Shown here piece by piece: positions 23,810 to 33,782 of a stretch of 64,000 bases of DNA. The stretch comes from a virus (Duplodnaviria; Heunggongvirae; Uroviricota; Caudoviricetes). Positions within the stretch are counted from its first letter, which is position 1. Every line of letters starts with the position of its first letter. The notes beneath the pieces were generated by a model. The model did no database searches and had not been told where the DNA came from. It saw only the letters and a program-made list of their open reading frames with translations. The stretch is taken from positions 1 to 64,000 of IMG/VR virus record IMGVR_UViG_3300037258_000931. One strand, given 5' to 3'. A program made the position numbers and the translations under genes.

Positions 23810-24841
23810 TTGATGGAACCCAAGGTCGATATCTGGATGCCGCTCGCGATTGGAGATTACCTGGCGGACACCTCGCATTTAGACACCACCCAGCACGGAG
23901 CCTACCTGCTCATGCTGATGCACTACTGGCGGAAAGGTCCGTTGCCTAACGACATGAAGCAGCTCGCCTCCATCTCGAAATTGCCCCCCGATGCCTGGAG
24001 CATCAACCAGGCAGTGCTTATGCAGTTCTTCGGCGTAGGAGACGACGGGATGCTGCACCAGAAGCGCTGCGACCTGGAACGCGAAAGATGGATGCAGAAA
24101 AGAACCAATGCCCAGGGCAAAGCCCTGCGCGCCGCGGAGACCCGGTGGGCTAAAACGCGAAGCATTCTCCCGATCCATGCTCCAAGCATTCCTTTAAGCA
24201 AAGCTTCAAGTCTTACTCCTGGCATTGCTTCAGGGATTGCTTCAGGTTTTGCCGCGAGCACTGCCGCGGGCATCGATCAAGCAATGCCTGGCTCATGCCC
24301 GTCACCATCACCGTTACCAATACCTGCACCACTACCTGCATCGGCACCGATGCCGATAGCCGCGGCGGCAACCGGAGCCAAGGCGCCGGAATCAGCACAG
24401 AACGCTGATTCCTCGTCCAGCTTGCCGCTGGACGGTCTGAGACTCGACGGCCTGAGACTGGACGGTCTGGAGCCGGCCGAGGAAGCCAACGGGCGGCCGG
24501 AGCGGCTGCGCACGGTGCGCGGGATCTTTGCCTACTACTGCGAGCAGATGGGGCGCAACGCAAAGATCTACACCCTGACTCCGCTGCGTACCAAAAAAGC
24601 CATGGCGCGGCTGGAAGAGACGCTGCGCATCACCGACGGCGATCTGGGGCGGGCCGCGGTGCTGGTGAAGGCAGTGATCGACCAGGTGGCGGCCTCGGAC
24701 TTTCACATGGGTCTCGATCCCAAAACCGGGGGCAAGAGCTATTGCGACTGGGAAGACCACATCTTTCGCAGCCCCGAACAGTTCCAGAAATGGCTGCAGC
24801 GGGTGCAGGAAGCGATTGCCCGGGAGGAACAGAATGCCTGA
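23810..24841 (+). CDS. DUF1376-domain protein (phage replication-associated) with low-complexity C-terminal half
   Basis: N-terminal IGDYLADTSHLDTTQHGAYLLMLMHYWRKGPLPND matches the DUF1376 signature; internal tandem repeat encoding LDGLRLDGLRLDGLE. Confidence 0.5.
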   Translation: MMEPKVDIWMPLAIGDYLADTSHLDTTQHGAYLLMLMHYWRKGPLPNDMKQLASISKLPPDAWSINQAVLMQFFGVGDDGMLHQKRCDLERERWMQKRTNAQGKALRAAETRWAKTRSILPIHAPSIPLSKASSLTPGIASGIASGFAASTAAGIDQAMPGSCPSPSPLPIPAPLPASAPMPIAAAATGAKAPESAQNADSSSSLPLDGLRLDGLRLDGLEPAEEANGRPERLRTVRGIFAYYCEQMGRNAKIYTLTPLRTKKAMARLEETLRITDGDLGRAAVLVKAVIDQVAASDFHMGLDPKTGGKSYCDWEDHIFRSPEQFQKWLQRVQEAIAREEQNA

Positions 24842-24844
24842 ACG

Positions 24845-24896
24845 CAGGGATCAGGAAACAGGGGTCAGAGATCAGAGATCAGGGGTCAGGGATCAG
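24845..24896. repeat. GGGATCAG-family solo left arm
   Basis: gggatcaggaaacaggggtcagagatcagagatcaggggtcagggatcag. Confidence 0.7.
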
Positions 24897-25030
24897 TCTT
24901 TGAGAGTTGTAGTCATCCACCGCCGATTTATCCCGGCGATGAACCGCACGCTGATCACCGAGACCGATCTAGATCCAGCACAGGTGCTGCCCGCGCTTGG
25001 CTTGCGCGGGCAGCCAGAGGGAGAAGTCGA

Positions 25031-25243
25031 ATGGCAGAAGTGAATGTGACGGTGACTCTCAATCCGCTGGAGCTGAAGCTGCTGCGCCGGGCGCTGGCTA
25101 AGGCTGTCGATGACGGCGATCTGGAAGTGCGGACCGCGGCTGCCCGGATCTGCGAGCTGGATATGCTGCGCTGGGCCGAGCAAGACAGGCAACAAGACCA
25201 GCTCAGCCAGGGCGGCCGGCTGCCGGTAGGGGAGGCCGCGTGA
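25031..25243 (+). CDS. small hypothetical protein
   Basis: 70 aa after a solo repeat arm. Confidence 0.3.
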   Translation: MAEVNVTVTLNPLELKLLRRALAKAVDDGDLEVRTAAARICELDMLRWAEQDRQQDQLSQGGRLPVGEAA

Positions 25244-25539
25244 GCCTGCCCGCCACCCTCTTCGGGTACGTGCATCGGAGGCCGTCAGGGGCGATGGACC
25301 CCGGCACGGAGCTGGCGGCCGTGCAGCCCGATCCGCGGCTGACGTTTCGCCTGGAGCGGCGCACGGTGGTGGGCTACATCTGCATGGACTGCCTGATGCG
25401 GGGGGCACACAAGGACGACTGCCGCAGTCCGGAGTGGGAATACGACGGCGGCGTGGAATACCGCCAGAGCGTGCCGGACGAAGTGATGGACTGGGTGAAC
25501 CGGCATGGGCGGCAGCATGCATTTTGGGGGGGGCGATGA
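25240..25539 (+). CDS. small hypothetical protein
   Basis: 99 aa; ATGA-type overlap with the upstream ORF. Confidence 0.35.
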   Translation: MSLPATLFGYVHRRPSGAMDPGTELAAVQPDPRLTFRLERRTVVGYICMDCLMRGAHKDDCRSPEWEYDGGVEYRQSVPDEVMDWVNRHGRQHAFWGGR

Positions 25540-25542
25540 AGG

Positions 25543-25738
25543 ACAGAGATCAGGGATCAGTTGTCAGGGGTCAGTTAAGGGCAAGGGCAAAAGCAAGAGC
25601 AACCGCTGGTTCTTTGGCTTCGGTCGCTCTGCTCCCTTCGCTCAGGATGACAACCGATTCAGACGCTCAGGATGACGGGTTTTTGCTGCTGCGCTCAAGG
25701 CTGGTTTTTTCTGACCCCTGTTCTCTGACCCCTGACCG
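25543..25738. repeat. GGGATCAG-family element, full
   Basis: Canonical arms; core with two gctcaggatgac boxes and a T-run. Confidence 0.85.
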
Positions 25739-25758
25739 CTGCGGCCGGAGGGAGCGTC

Positions 25759-27567
25759 ATGTCTGAATCGAGTTTCAATCCCGGCTTCGATGCTTGCTAC
25801 CGGTACTTTGCCTACCGTCTGCCGCTGGAACGGCTGACCAAGCAGGACGCACAGAATGTGCACTGTCCGTTCCACGGCGACAAACATGCATCGATGAGCC
25901 TGAACCTGGCCAAGGGGGTGTGGCACTGCCATGTGTGCGAACTGGCCGGGGGGATGCTGGACTTTGAAAAGCGGATGATGGCCTGCGATCAGGAGGCGGC
26001 CTGGGAGCAGATCTACCGCATTACGGGCCTCGAAAAGCCGAAACAGACGCGCCGGGTGATCGCCAGCTACGACTACACCGATGTGTCGGGCAAGGTGCTG
26101 TTCCAGAAGTTGAGATACGAGCCCAAGGAGTTCGCCAACCGCCAGCCGGACGGCAAGGGCGGCTGGTTTTACAACCTGCACGGGGTGAAGAAGGTTCTCT
26201 ACCGGCTGCCGGAACTGGTAACCGCCAAGCTGGTGTTTGTGGTGGAGGGCGAGAAGGACGCCGACAATCTCCGCGAGGCGCTTTTGGCTGCCGACGTAAA
26301 GCACTGCGCGACGACCTGCAACTTTGACGGCGCCGGGCACTGGAAGGCGGAGTATGCGCCCTACTTCACCGGCAAGCTGGTGGTGGTGCTGGCTGACAAC
26401 GACGCCAAGGGGCGCAGCCACCAGCAGACGGTTTGTGCCAACGTGAAGCCCTATGCGGAGAAGGTGAAGGCGGCGGAGCTGCCCGGGCTTAAAGAGAAGG
26501 ATGACGTCTCGGACTGGCTGGCGATCGCGGCCAACACGGTGAAAGCACTGCTGGCGCTGGTGAAGGCTACGCCGATCTGGGAGCCGGAGCAGACCGAGCA
26601 TGTGTTGCTGGAAGAGATGCGCGACTTTCTGGACCGGGCGCCGGTGGAGATCGAGTGGCTGGTGGAGGGACTGATACCGGCCCGGACGCGGGGCCTGATG
26701 GTGGCCGATCCCAAGGTGGGCAAGAGTCCCCTGTCGCTGGACCTGGCGCTGGCGCTGGCCTCGGGATCTTCGTTTCTGGGCCATGTGGTGCCGCTGCGCA
26801 GAAGAGTGGCGATCATCTCCCGCGAAGACTCGCCGCAGGAGACCGCCCGTAGACTGCGACTCTTCTCCGAGGGGAGCGCCGCACGCAGTGCCTACAACTG
26901 GGGGCAGATCTGGGTGAACACCATGACCCAGAGCGCGGTGCTGCATCTGGACAATCCGGAGCACCTGGAGGGGCTGATCCAGGAGCTGAAGATGGAGCAG
27001 TTCGATCTGGTGATCTTTGATGTGCTGCGCGAGATGCACACCCAGGACGAGAACGACAACACGGCGATTGCCAACACCGTGCTGGCGGCGACCAAACGGA
27101 TTCAGGTGGAGTGCCAGTGCGGGGTGCTGGTGCTGCACCACATCTCGAAGGCGCAGAGCACCAACATTTTTAGGGACGCGCGCGGGGCCGGTGCCATTCA
27201 CGGCTGGACGGAGTGGGGACTGGGCTTGACGGTGGTGGACGAGACCGCGCCGCGGCGGGAATGGGTGCGCAAGGTGACGGCGGAGTGCAAGTACGCCTGC
27301 CCGGCGGAGGATGTGTTTTTCCGCATCGTTTCAGACGACGCGGAAGGGGTCAGGGATCAGGGATCAGGGATCAGCCCGAGTGGCGGCGGCGTGCCCTGGC
27401 TGCGCATTGAGTTGACGGATGCTCCGGAGACGCCGCGCAAACGGAATTTGAGTGAGGCCAAGCAGGCGCTCTCACCCCGGGAACGAGGACCTGTTCCCGG
27501 GGACTCCGTCGCCGGCAAGGTGACTTCGATGCCGGCGCGGCACTGGTATGAGCGGGATGAGGGATAA
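25759..27567 (+). CDS. bifunctional DNA primase / helicase-like protein (zinc finger, toprim, RepA/DnaB-like P-loop)
   Basis: CPFHGDKHASM...HCHVCE zinc finger; toprim VVEGEKDADN and LADNDAKGR; P-loop MVADPKVGKS; a GGGATCAG-repeat tract is translated in frame near aa 533. Confidence 0.75.
   Translation: MSESSFNPGFDACYRYFAYRLPLERLTKQDAQNVHCPFHGDKHASMSLNLAKGVWHCHVCELAGGMLDFEKRMMACDQEAAWEQIYRITGLEKPKQTRRVIASYDYTDVSGKVLFQKLRYEPKEFANRQPDGKGGWFYNLHGVKKVLYRLPELVTAKLVFVVEGEKDADNLREALLAADVKHCATTCNFDGAGHWKAEYAPYFTGKLVVVLADNDAKGRSHQQTVCANVKPYAEKVKAAELPGLKEKDDVSDWLAIAANTVKALLALVKATPIWEPEQTEHVLLEEMRDFLDRAPVEIEWLVEGLIPARTRGLMVADPKVGKSPLSLDLALALASGSSFLGHVVPLRRRVAIISREDSPQETARRLRLFSEGSAARSAYNWGQIWVNTMTQSAVLHLDNPEHLEGLIQELKMEQFDLVIFDVLREMHTQDENDNTAIANTVLAATKRIQVECQCGVLVLHHISKAQSTNIFRDARGAGAIHGWTEWGLGLTVVDETAPRREWVRKVTAECKYACPAEDVFFRIVSDDAEGVRDQGSGISPSGGGVPWLRIELTDAPETPRKRNLSEAKQALSPRERGPVPGDSVAGKVTSMPARHWYERDEG
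27346..27374. repeat. GGGATCAG tract translated in frame inside the primase-helicase gene
   Basis: ggggtcagggatcagggatcagggatcag encodes GVRDQGSGIS. Confidence 0.8.
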
Positions 27568-27569
27568 AG

Positions 27570-27609
27570 GCAGGGATCAGGGGTCAGGGATCAGTAAAAA
27601 GCAGGGATG
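27570..27609. repeat. GGGATCAG-family solo left arm
   Basis: cagggatcaggggtcagggatcag then aaaaagcagggatgag. Confidence 0.65.
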
Positions 27610-27614
27610 AGTTT

Positions 27615-27905
27615 TTGGAGGCGAGGGTGAATAAGCCGATCTATATTGCGCGGGAGCTTGAGAGCAGCCTGGCGGAGGAGATCGATGACGAGCTTGTTCG
27701 AGCGCGCCGGCATGGCGCCGTTTTCGCCAGTCTGCATGAAGCCTACGCGGTGATCTTGGAAGAGCTGGACGAGATCTGGGAGATCGTGCGCGAGAAGCGG
27801 CGCGACCGGGATGGAGACAAGCTGCGCCGGGAGCTGGTGCAACTGGCGGCAATGGCGATCAAGGCGATTCATTCGATGGAGAACTTTACCGGCGGACAGG
27901 TCTAG
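27615..27905 (+). CDS. small helical protein, possibly MazG-like NTP pyrophosphohydrolase fold
   Basis: 96 aa; LHEAYAVILEELDEIWE resembles the EExxE motif of all-alpha NTP-PPases; weak. Confidence 0.3.
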   Translation: MEARVNKPIYIARELESSLAEEIDDELVRARRHGAVFASLHEAYAVILEELDEIWEIVREKRRDRDGDKLRRELVQLAAMAIKAIHSMENFTGGQV

Positions 27906-27935
27906 TGAGCTACCGATGCTGAATGAGGAACAGTC

Positions 27936-28415
27936 ATGCCGATCTTGAACTATTCAACCGAAGTGCCACCGGAGCGGACGATTGGGGAGATCACGTCTCT
28001 GCTGATTCGCAAGCAGGCGCGGTCTATCACCAGCGAGTTCGACGAGGGTGGCGAACTGACGGCGGTTTCGTTTGTGCTGCATGTGGGCGGCTTGCCGGTG
28101 CGGTTTCAGTTGCCGGCCAATGTGGAGGGCGTGGCGGGAGTGCTGCTGCGCGATGAGCCCTGGAACTCGCGCCGGGCGCCGCCCGGCCCGGAGGCTTACA
28201 AAGCCAAGCTGAAGGCGCGCGCCAAGTGGGTGGCGTGGCGAATTCTAAAAGATTGGGTAAGCGCCCAGATGGCGCTGATCGAGAGCGGGCAGGCCAATGT
28301 GGCGCAGGTGTTCATGCCCTACGCGCAGCACGGCAACGGGACCACGACCATGTACGAGTTATGGGTAGAGAACAACCAGCGGCAGTTGACGGCGGGGAGT
28401 TCCGATGCTGCATGA
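27936..28415 (+). CDS. hypothetical protein
   Basis: 159 aa; SD-like AGGAACAG upstream. Confidence 0.4.
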   Translation: MPILNYSTEVPPERTIGEITSLLIRKQARSITSEFDEGGELTAVSFVLHVGGLPVRFQLPANVEGVAGVLLRDEPWNSRRAPPGPEAYKAKLKARAKWVAWRILKDWVSAQMALIESGQANVAQVFMPYAQHGNGTTTMYELWVENNQRQLTAGSSDAA

Positions 28416-28641
28416 CGAGACGCACGAGAGTTTAAGCAACGAGGATGCGTGCAGCCAGATTGCGTTTCGGATTGTGGAGACCGCCGAGCAGATCGACCAA
28501 CTGCTGGTGTTGACCCTGCGCAAGGACGGAAGCGGCCGGTCGATGGACAACGGATTGACGGCGGACGAAGCGAAAAATCTGGTGATGAGTTTTCACTCCT
28601 GGGTGGACCAGAGCCTGGGCCGGGATATGGAGCGGAGCTAG
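28405..28641 (+). CDS. small hypothetical protein
   Basis: 78 aa overlapping the preceding stop. Confidence 0.35.
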   Translation: MLHDETHESLSNEDACSQIAFRIVETAEQIDQLLVLTLRKDGSGRSMDNGLTADEAKNLVMSFHSWVDQSLGRDMERS

Positions 28642-28648
28642 AAGCTGA

Positions 28649-28688
28649 GACAGAGAACAGGTTTCAGGGGTCAGTTGTCAGGGATCAG
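28649..28688. repeat. GGGATCAG-family solo left arm
   Basis: acagagaacaggtttcaggggtcagttgtcagggatcag. Confidence 0.65.
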
Positions 28689-28741
28689 AACGGATGGACA
28701 GGTAAAGGGGTCAAAGGAGAAATCGTGACGGGGGAGAAATC

Positions 28742-29593
28742 ATGACGGGACTGGTGTTGGTGGGGACGCGGCCGGAGCCTTTGGTTCCGGTGGACTTCGC
28801 AACGGCTGAAGAAGCCTTTAACCGAGCCGAGGCTGGGCAGGCAGAGGCTCAAGAAGAAACCGCTTCGCAGCCTGAGCCGGCGAATCTGGATGAGCGGCTG
28901 CGGGAGTGCGAGCAGGGCATCGACGAGGCGTGGACCGGGGTGAACCGGCTTTCCATGCAGATGGGCTGGGACGGGAACTTTATCAAGCGGCATGAGGGCT
29001 GGGCGCGGCTGGGGTACGAAGACGAGAAGGACTTTCGGGCCAAGAAACATATTGCCCGCTCGACCTGGTACAAGATGGTCGGCCTGGCGGAGCGGTTCCC
29101 GGATCTGACCCGGGCGCAGTTCTGTTCCATGCTGATCGAGAATGCGGTGAAGTTGGCGGAGGCGCCGCGCGAGGTGCGCCACGATCTGAAGCTGGTGGCG
29201 GCGGCGGCGGCCAGCAGCGAGCGCGAGTTTGAAGGCGAGCTGGTGCTGGAGCAGTCGGCCCGGGAGCAGAAGCCGGTGGGCGAGGTGTACGTGACCATGA
29301 AGTGGCGCATCAAGCAGGCCCAGCGCGAGGTGATTCAGCGCGGTCTTGAAGACTGGCAGCGGGAGCACGGCATCGACGACGAAGGCTATGCGCTGGAGCT
29401 GTTGATCGCCGAGTACCGGGAGCGGCCGACGCTGGTGGGATTCATGACCGAATCGATCAGCCGGCTTTCGCGGGAACTGACTCGGGCGCAGACCGCGGAG
29501 GATCTGGAGGAGCTGCGCAAGGGGATGGCGCAACACATTTTGGATATGGCCGAGATTTTGAAGATCTGCTGCGGGGAGGAACGAGCGGCGTAG
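28742..29593 (+). CDS. hypothetical protein
   Basis: 283 aa, Glu/Ala-rich helical; the opposite-strand 283-aa ORF is Arg/Leu/His-rich and rejected. Confidence 0.4.
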   Translation: MTGLVLVGTRPEPLVPVDFATAEEAFNRAEAGQAEAQEETASQPEPANLDERLRECEQGIDEAWTGVNRLSMQMGWDGNFIKRHEGWARLGYEDEKDFRAKKHIARSTWYKMVGLAERFPDLTRAQFCSMLIENAVKLAEAPREVRHDLKLVAAAAASSEREFEGELVLEQSAREQKPVGEVYVTMKWRIKQAQREVIQRGLEDWQREHGIDDEGYALELLIAEYRERPTLVGFMTESISRLSRELTRAQTAEDLEELRKGMAQHILDMAEILKICCGEERAA

Positions 29594-29599
29594 CGGCTT

Positions 29600-29700
29600 G
29601 TTTCAGGGGTCAGGTGTCAGTTGTCAGGGATCAGGGGTCAGTTAAAAGCAAGAACGAAGGCAGGCCCCTTCGGCTTCGTTCAGGATGACAGGTTGCTCGG
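29600..29700. repeat. GGGATCAG-family element, left arm plus short core, no right arm
   Basis: Left arm x5, core ttaaaagcaagaacgaaggcaggccccttcggcttcgttcaggatgacagg. Confidence 0.7.
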
Positions 29701-29701
29701 G

Positions 29702-29911
29702 ATGGCAAAGCAGAGGAGAAAGACGATGCGGGAGTTCAAGATTACCCCGGAGCGGGGCGAGTTGCAGACGGTGAAGGGCCACGAGCTGGTGGTGGATGAG
29801 GCCGGTTCTCAGGTCTACGTGGAGATTCAGGATGAAGACGAAGAGACCTTGTTCCTGATCCCGCTGGCCAATTTGAAATACGTGACGGCGCGGGAAGTTC
29901 AGGATCACTGA
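29702..29911 (+). CDS. small hypothetical protein
   Basis: 69 aa, ATG at 29702 right after a core-only repeat element. Confidence 0.35.
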   Translation: MAKQRRKTMREFKITPERGELQTVKGHELVVDEAGSQVYVEIQDEDEETLFLIPLANLKYVTAREVQDH

Positions 29912-30112
29912 GAAAGTGCTGTCTGGGCGGGTTGAGATCTGTGGTCTCCCGCACCCGGGTGCGTGTAGAAAGCTGATTTTTCTTTTCCTGCTCTGCATTT
30001 CTTTTCGCTGGAAGAGAACGGTACTGGGCGCTGCCGGCGGCCGGGTATCGCAGGAGCGGGGAAGCTCTGGGAGTTCTCGACTGAGTGGGAAAGAGCTCCC
30101 GGATTTTTTTAA

Positions 30113-30293
30113 CAGGGAACAGAGATCAGGGGTCAGGGGTCAGGGGTCAGGGGTCAGTTAGAAGCAAGAGCAAGAGCAACGGCAACCGCGGGTCCTTCGA
30201 CTTCGGTCGCTCTGCTCCCTTCGCTCAGGATGACAGTCGAGGTAAGGATGACAGGTTTTTTCTGATCCCTGATCCCTGACAACTGTTCTCTGA
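30113..30293. repeat. GGGATCAG-family element, full
   Basis: Canonical; immediately upstream of the flotillin-like gene. Confidence 0.85.
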
Positions 30294-30321
30294 AACCGGT
30301 CCCAACTGAAAGGAGCGAACC

Positions 30322-32352
30322 ATGACAACCGAGGTTTTATTGCATTACGCGTGGGTGATTCCGGTGGCGCTGGTGGTGGTGTTTCACAAGCTGGCGCTGC
30401 GGCTGTGCCTGGGCATGGTGATCATCAACCAGGACCAGGTGGGGATTGTGAACAAGAAGTGGGTGTTGCTGGGCAAGAACCGCACTCTGCCCGACGGCGC
30501 GATTGTGGCCATGAACGGCGAGGCCGGAATACAGGCCGACACGCTGGCGCCGGGCAGCCATTTTGGATTGTGGCCGTGGCAGTATGCGGTCAGCCGAGTT
30601 CCGTTTGTGACCATCGAGCGGAACAAGATCGGGCTGGTGCAGTCGCTCGACGGCCGTCCGCTGAAGAACGGCCGGGTGCTGGCCAAGACGGTGGACTCGA
30701 ACTCCTACCAGAACGCGCGCCAGTTTTTAACCAACGGCGGCGAGCGCGGGCCGCAGATCGGAATTATTCCGCCGGGAACCTATCGCATCAATACGCAGCT
30801 CTTTCAGGTGACGGCCGCCGACGTGCTGGACGTGGCGGACAACTCGGTAGGCATTGTGACCACCCGGGAAGGGGCGGCGCTGCCGGCCGGAGAGATCGCA
30901 GGCAAGAAGGTGGCGGGGCATAACGGCTTTCAGGACGGCGAAGCCTTTCTGGCTGCGGGGGGACAGAAGGGGCTGCAGGAGCAGGTGATTCTGGCCGGCC
31001 GGTACTTCATCAATCCCAGATTCGCATCGGTGGAAGTGAAGCCGATGACCGAGGTGCCGATCGCCAGCGTGGGGGTGGTGATTGCCTACGTGGGCGAGGA
31101 GGGCGTGGACCAGAGCGGAGACGGCTTCCAGCACGGCAACCTGGTGATGAAGGGCCAGAAAGGGGTATGGGTGAATCCTCTGGACCCGGGGCGGTATCCG
31201 ATCAACACCTATACCCACAAGGTGGAAGTGGTGCCGACCGCCAACATTGTGCTGAATTGGGCCAGCGGCAAGAGCGAGGCGCACCATCTGGACGAGCGGC
31301 TATCGACCATCACGGTGCGCTCCTCGGACGGGTTCACCTTCAACCTGGACGTGAGCCAGATTATTCACGTGCCCAGCAACGACGCGCCCAAAGTGATTGC
31401 CCGTTTTGGGACCATGGCCAACCTGGTAACTCAGGTGCTGGAGCCGACCATCGGCAACTACTTCCGCAACGCCGCCCAGGACTCCGACGTAATCGAGTTT
31501 TTGAAGGGCCGCACGGAGCGCCAGAAGCAGGCCAAGGAGGCCATTCAGGCGGAACTGGTGAAGTGCAATGTGAACGCGGTGGACACGCTGATCGGAGACA
31601 TTGTTCCGCCGGCGGATCTGATGAAGACCCTGACCGACCGCAAGATTGCCGAGCAGGAGCAGGTGACGTACAAGACTCAGGAGCTGGCCGAGAACACCCG
31701 CAAGGAGCTGCAGCAGGCCAAGGCCATGGCCGACACCCAGGCGACGGTGGTGGCCAGCGAGCGGCAGGTATCGATTGCCGAGTTCCAGGCCCAGGCGGCG
31801 GTGAAGAAGGCTGAAGGCGAGGCCCGGGCCAGCGTACAGAATGCCGATGGCGCCGCGCAGTCCAATGTGCTGAAGGCGGACGGTGAGGCCAAGGCGTCGA
31901 TTCGCAAGGCGGAGGGCGAGCGGCAGGCGCAGATCAACCTGGCCGAGGGGCAGAGACAGGCGCGCATCAACCTGGCCGAAGGCGAGGCGCGGGCCAACGT
32001 GGTGATGGCCGAAGCCGATGCCGAAGCCGCGGTGAAGAGCGCCACCGGGCAGGCCGAGGCCAAGAAGCTGAACGGCGAGGCCGACGCCAACGTGGTCATC
32101 ACGGTGGGCAAGGCGGAGGCCGACAAGACACTGGCCGTAGGCGAGGCGGAGGCGGCGGTGATCAAGAAGAAGATCGAGTCAATGGAAGCGGGCAACTATG
32201 CGGCCATCCAGGTGGCGCGGGAGCTGGCCACCAATCACACCAAGATGGTTCCGGACATCATGGTGGGCTCCGGCGCCGACTCCAACAACGGGCTGATGAA
32301 TGTGCTGCTGGCGCGGCTGGTGCAGTCGCCCAACGGAGTGGCGAAACCTTAA
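30322..32352 (+). CDS. flotillin/SPFH (band-7)-like membrane protein
   Basis: 676 aa; N-terminal transmembrane segment, central domain, and a long C-terminal coiled coil of AEGEA/KAEGE repeats as in bacterial flotillins (YqiK-like). Confidence 0.55.
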   Translation: MTTEVLLHYAWVIPVALVVVFHKLALRLCLGMVIINQDQVGIVNKKWVLLGKNRTLPDGAIVAMNGEAGIQADTLAPGSHFGLWPWQYAVSRVPFVTIERNKIGLVQSLDGRPLKNGRVLAKTVDSNSYQNARQFLTNGGERGPQIGIIPPGTYRINTQLFQVTAADVLDVADNSVGIVTTREGAALPAGEIAGKKVAGHNGFQDGEAFLAAGGQKGLQEQVILAGRYFINPRFASVEVKPMTEVPIASVGVVIAYVGEEGVDQSGDGFQHGNLVMKGQKGVWVNPLDPGRYPINTYTHKVEVVPTANIVLNWASGKSEAHHLDERLSTITVRSSDGFTFNLDVSQIIHVPSNDAPKVIARFGTMANLVTQVLEPTIGNYFRNAAQDSDVIEFLKGRTERQKQAKEAIQAELVKCNVNAVDTLIGDIVPPADLMKTLTDRKIAEQEQVTYKTQELAENTRKELQQAKAMADTQATVVASERQVSIAEFQAQAAVKKAEGEARASVQNADGAAQSNVLKADGEAKASIRKAEGERQAQINLAEGQRQARINLAEGEARANVVMAEADAEAAVKSATGQAEAKKLNGEADANVVITVGKAEADKTLAVGEAEAAVIKKKIESMEAGNYAAIQVARELATNHTKMVPDIMVGSGADSNNGLMNVLLARLVQSPNGVAKP

Positions 32353-32386
32353 CTTGCGATTCAACCAAATCTGAAACGAGGAATTC

Positions 32387-32809
32387 ATGGCAGATGAAAC
32401 GAAAAAAGGCTCGGTGGAGTTCTGGGCGTCGGTCCGCTCCCAGGTGGATGCGAAAAAAAACGGGGTAGCGGGCACGGTGATCGAGCACTATGTGGAGCGG
32501 GAGATCAACAGCCGGGTGGAGAAGACCATCCAGGCCATCGACATGCTCGACGATCTGGAGAAGCAGTTGCGGAAGCTCAAACCGGACCAGGAGCAGTGGG
32601 ATGCGGACGGCAAGCTGGTGAGCGCGTTCTACAGCAAGGCGAAGCTGGAAGAGCGCAAAAAGATTACCGACAAGTCGGACCGGATCGAAGCCGCGTTGCT
32701 GGACGTATTCGAGAAAGCGGACTTTGAAAAGTTCAAGAAGCTGGATCTGGGCAAGGGATCGGCCAGGGAGATGTCGAGCCGGGAAGAGGGGGAAGCGGGT
32801 GCTGCTTGA
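32387..32809 (+). CDS. hypothetical protein (flotillin-operon partner)
   Basis: 140 aa, 35 nt downstream of the flotillin-like gene. Confidence 0.4.
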   Translation: MADETKKGSVEFWASVRSQVDAKKNGVAGTVIEHYVEREINSRVEKTIQAIDMLDDLEKQLRKLKPDQEQWDADGKLVSAFYSKAKLEERKKITDKSDRIEAALLDVFEKADFEKFKKLDLGKGSAREMSSREEGEAGAA

Positions 32810-33227
32810 GCAGCTAGCGGCGCAGGTGGAAAGGGGAGTGGAGGCGGACTTCGACCGGTTCGTCCTCCGCTTTCTGCAGCGCGGCCAGGCGCATTGCAGC
32901 GGCAATGCCCGGCTGGTGGTGGAGTTCATGCGCGGGCACCTGGTGAGCACGATGCCGCGGTTGCGCAAGCTAGCGGCAGAAGTTCGAGACCCTCTGCTTA
33001 TGGCGGCGGTGGACCAATATGCGCAATGGATGCGGCGCGTGGGCTTTGACGAACAGGGCGGGGGCGGTCCTTGCCGGATGGCGAAGATGAGCCAGTGGGA
33101 GCTGGGGAGCCTGCTGGGGGAACTAGAGGAGCTGGCGCCGCGGCTGCAGGAGTTGGTAAACGCGGCGCGGCGCGCTCAACCGCGGTACGTGTACGCGATT
33201 TGGCGCCCTGGGGAAAAGCCATGGTAA
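32799..33227 (+). CDS. hypothetical protein
   Basis: GTG start overlapping the upstream stop; 142 aa. Confidence 0.3.
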   Translation: MLLEQLAAQVERGVEADFDRFVLRFLQRGQAHCSGNARLVVEFMRGHLVSTMPRLRKLAAEVRDPLLMAAVDQYAQWMRRVGFDEQGGGGPCRMAKMSQWELGSLLGELEELAPRLQELVNAARRAQPRYVYAIWRPGEKPW

Positions 33228-33286
33228 CTCGCTGATCAGAGCGCGGCGCAGGCGGCAGCATCGCGAACGGAATCTCAGGAGCGCAA

Positions 33287-33643
33287 TTGACCAGGAGCAC
33301 AATACCGGCGGTGAAGGTGCTTCGCGATGGGCGCGAGATCTGCAACCTGCTGATCAAGGCGGGACGCGATGAGTACGAGCGGCGCAAGCGGGCGATGTGG
33401 GAGAGACAGAAGCGGCGTTGCTGCCTGGAGGGAAAGATCAAAGAGTGTCCGGGGGCTTTGAAGATTGCCGAAGCGGTGTTTGAGCACCAGGACAGCCGGG
33501 GCATGAACGGCGGCCACCGGGATGACCGGATCGAGCGGCCGGACAAAGCGACCGGCGAGATGAAGCCGTACAACGGGGCGGCCCACCCGCGGTGCAATTT
33601 CTTAAAGGGCAGCAGGCGGATGGATTACCACGCGGTGCCGTGA
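33287..33643 (+). CDS. HNH endonuclease-like protein
   Basis: 118 aa; CCLEGKIKECPG...EHQDSRGMNGGHRDD...HPRCNFLKGS resembles HNH zinc-finger nuclease spacing. Confidence 0.4.
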   Translation: MTRSTIPAVKVLRDGREICNLLIKAGRDEYERRKRAMWERQKRRCCLEGKIKECPGALKIAEAVFEHQDSRGMNGGHRDDRIERPDKATGEMKPYNGAAHPRCNFLKGSRRMDYHAVP

Positions 33644-33646
33644 GGG

Positions 33647-33770
33647 CAGAGAGCAGGGATCAGGGGTCAGGGGTCAGTTAGAAGCAAGTGCAAGTGCAGG
33701 TGCTTCGGCTCCGCTGCGGCGGCCGGGTTTTTACTGATCCCTGACCCCTGATCTCTGATCCCTGATCTCT
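33647..33770. repeat. GGGATCAG-family element, full (short core variant)
   Basis: Core ttagaagcaagtgcaagtgcaggtgcttcggctccgctgcggcggccgggttttta; separates HNH and GIY-YIG genes. Confidence 0.8.
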
Positions 33771-33782
33771 GAATACTGGCAA

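Noticed and set aside
25642-27201. 519-aa ORF on the minus strand
   Set aside because: Antisense to the primase-helicase gene, which has clear zinc-finger, toprim and P-loop motifs. It is Arg/Leu/His/Gly-rich and has no motifs, a typical long antisense ORF in high-GC DNA.
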